From contig JBPCLO010000027.1 of NCBI GenBank assembly GCA_051003155.1, positions 21,326 through 85,325 on the forward strand: a stretch of DNA of 64,000 nucleotides, given 5' to 3'. Made by a program: the position numbers and the translations under genes. Shown one piece after another: positions 63,093 to 64,000 of the stretch. Under the pieces are notes generated by a model. That model searched no databases, was not told the DNA's origin, and saw only the letters and a list, made by a program, of their open reading frames with translations. The DNA is from Fimbriimonadales bacterium (GTDB lineage Bacteria; Armatimonadota; Fimbriimonadia; Fimbriimonadales; ATM1). Each line of letters begins with the position of its first letter. The first letter of the stretch is position 1.

Positions 63093-64000
63093 CTAGTGTA
63101 GAGACATTTCAGAATGGTACTCCACGCCCACCGTGCCGACGTTGCTAGAAAGCCAGGTCTTCAAGGATGTTCGGTCAATAGGTGGCTCATCTGATTCTAA
63201 GAAGTCCGCCATAAGACCGCGCACTTCGTCCCAAGTGACAATCCTATCGCGGACGGGCGGACCGATAATCAAAGATGCAAGGTAAAACAAGCGCGGCGGT
63301 ACTCTGAATATGCGTGCCCTGAGCCGATTGTTTGTTTTATCAGCTTTACCATGTCGACGAAAGAGTACGTCTCGGGTCCGACCGCATCGCAAACGATCGA
63401 TTCCTCGGTCCCCTTTCGACGTGCTCAAGCATCAAGGCAGCGTAATCTTCGGTAGCCATGAGCTGGATCCTATACCTGCCGTCACCTGCACCGAAGAACC
63501 GGGGCGAGTGCCGGGCCAGCCATGTGATGTTGTTGGTCAGTATGTCTTCCTTTCCAAAGAACACTGTAGGTCTCAGAAGCGTGTGAGGAATTCCGCTATC
63601 CTTGAACGCAAGCTCGACGCTCGCCTTCCCCCTGTAATAACCGAATGGCGAGTCGGCGGACGGATTGGCGATGCTCGTATGGACGATCCGCCGAACACCG
63701 GCAACCTTTGCAAGCAGAGAACAGGGCTGTTGAGTTTTCCGCTGCGCGCTCGTACGTCATTTCGCCCCGTGGATACCGTATGCAATAAGTGTTGTAAAGC
63801 GTTCGAGCGCCACCCATAGCCTCGGCCATTGCGTCCACGTTGTCAAAGGAAAAACAGACGAGGTTCCACCTATCTAGAAAATCGTTCGCGCGCGAAGTGT
63901 CGTTTGTGAAGCCAACGACGTGCTCACCGTCCTCGATTAAGGGCTTTGCTAGGTACTTGCCGGTAAATGACAATGGCCCGGTTACGACTGCATCGGGCAT
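63093..64000 (-). pseudogene. NAD(P)-binding SDR/NmrA-like (NDUFA9-like) oxidoreductase gene broken by three frameshifts; the start codon sits at the window edge
   Basis: The Rossmann N-terminus is VVTGPLSFTGKYLAKPLIEDGEHVVGF (frame of 64000). It continues as AKVAGVRRIVHTSIANPSADSPFGYYRGKASVELAFKDSGIPHTLLRPTVFFGKEDILTNNITW, then EESIVCDAVGPETYSFVDMVKLIKQTIGSG, then ARIFRVPPRLF...TWDEVRGLMADFL, each segment in a different frame. Confidence 0.7.

Overview
This is a visibly GC-rich, gene-dense bacterial chromosomal segment with about 60 protein-coding genes and 2 tRNAs. I found no rRNA, CRISPR array, transposase, integrase or phage module. The content is mostly housekeeping and envelope biogenesis:
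- nrdR-nrdJ
- modAB plus a CDF transporter
- an AddB-like/UvrD-like helicase-nuclease pair
- a GH38 mannosidase
- dprA
- a GAF histidine kinase
- dinB
- menaquinone genes (polyprenyl synthase, ubiE)
- ftsEX with an EnvC-like peptidase
- purF, ruvX and mltG
- a yqeG / UbiA-type phosphoribosyltransferase / gtrA / aroE / tsaC operon
- fur
- a sugar ABC transporter
- PBP1A and PBP2
- an O-antigen-ligase/GT2 cluster

Many neighbouring genes are joined by 4-nt ATGA start/stop overlaps. Two PEP-CTERM proteins (one with HAF-type repeats) and an H-X9-DG protein hint at an Armatimonadota- or PVC-like lineage; this is inference only.

The most interesting signal is a thioredoxin-fold lipoprotein gene (44992-45414, minus strand). 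Its only interruption is an in-frame TGA exactly at the first Cys of the W-C-x-x-C motif (W-U-G-Y-C), which makes it a candidate selenoprotein.

The second theme is an unusually high density of gene lesions:
- an ECF sigma / anti-sigma / RseB-like operon with two in-frame TAA codons and a probable frameshift
- a frameshifted AddB-like nuclease
- a PEP-CTERM tail that sits out of frame
- two adjacent genes at 62.5-64 kb, each broken by three frameshifts
- mltG without a canonical start codon

These lesions mean either real gene decay or an error-prone assembly. They also temper the selenocysteine call. All calls come from reading the translations by eye. No database search was run.
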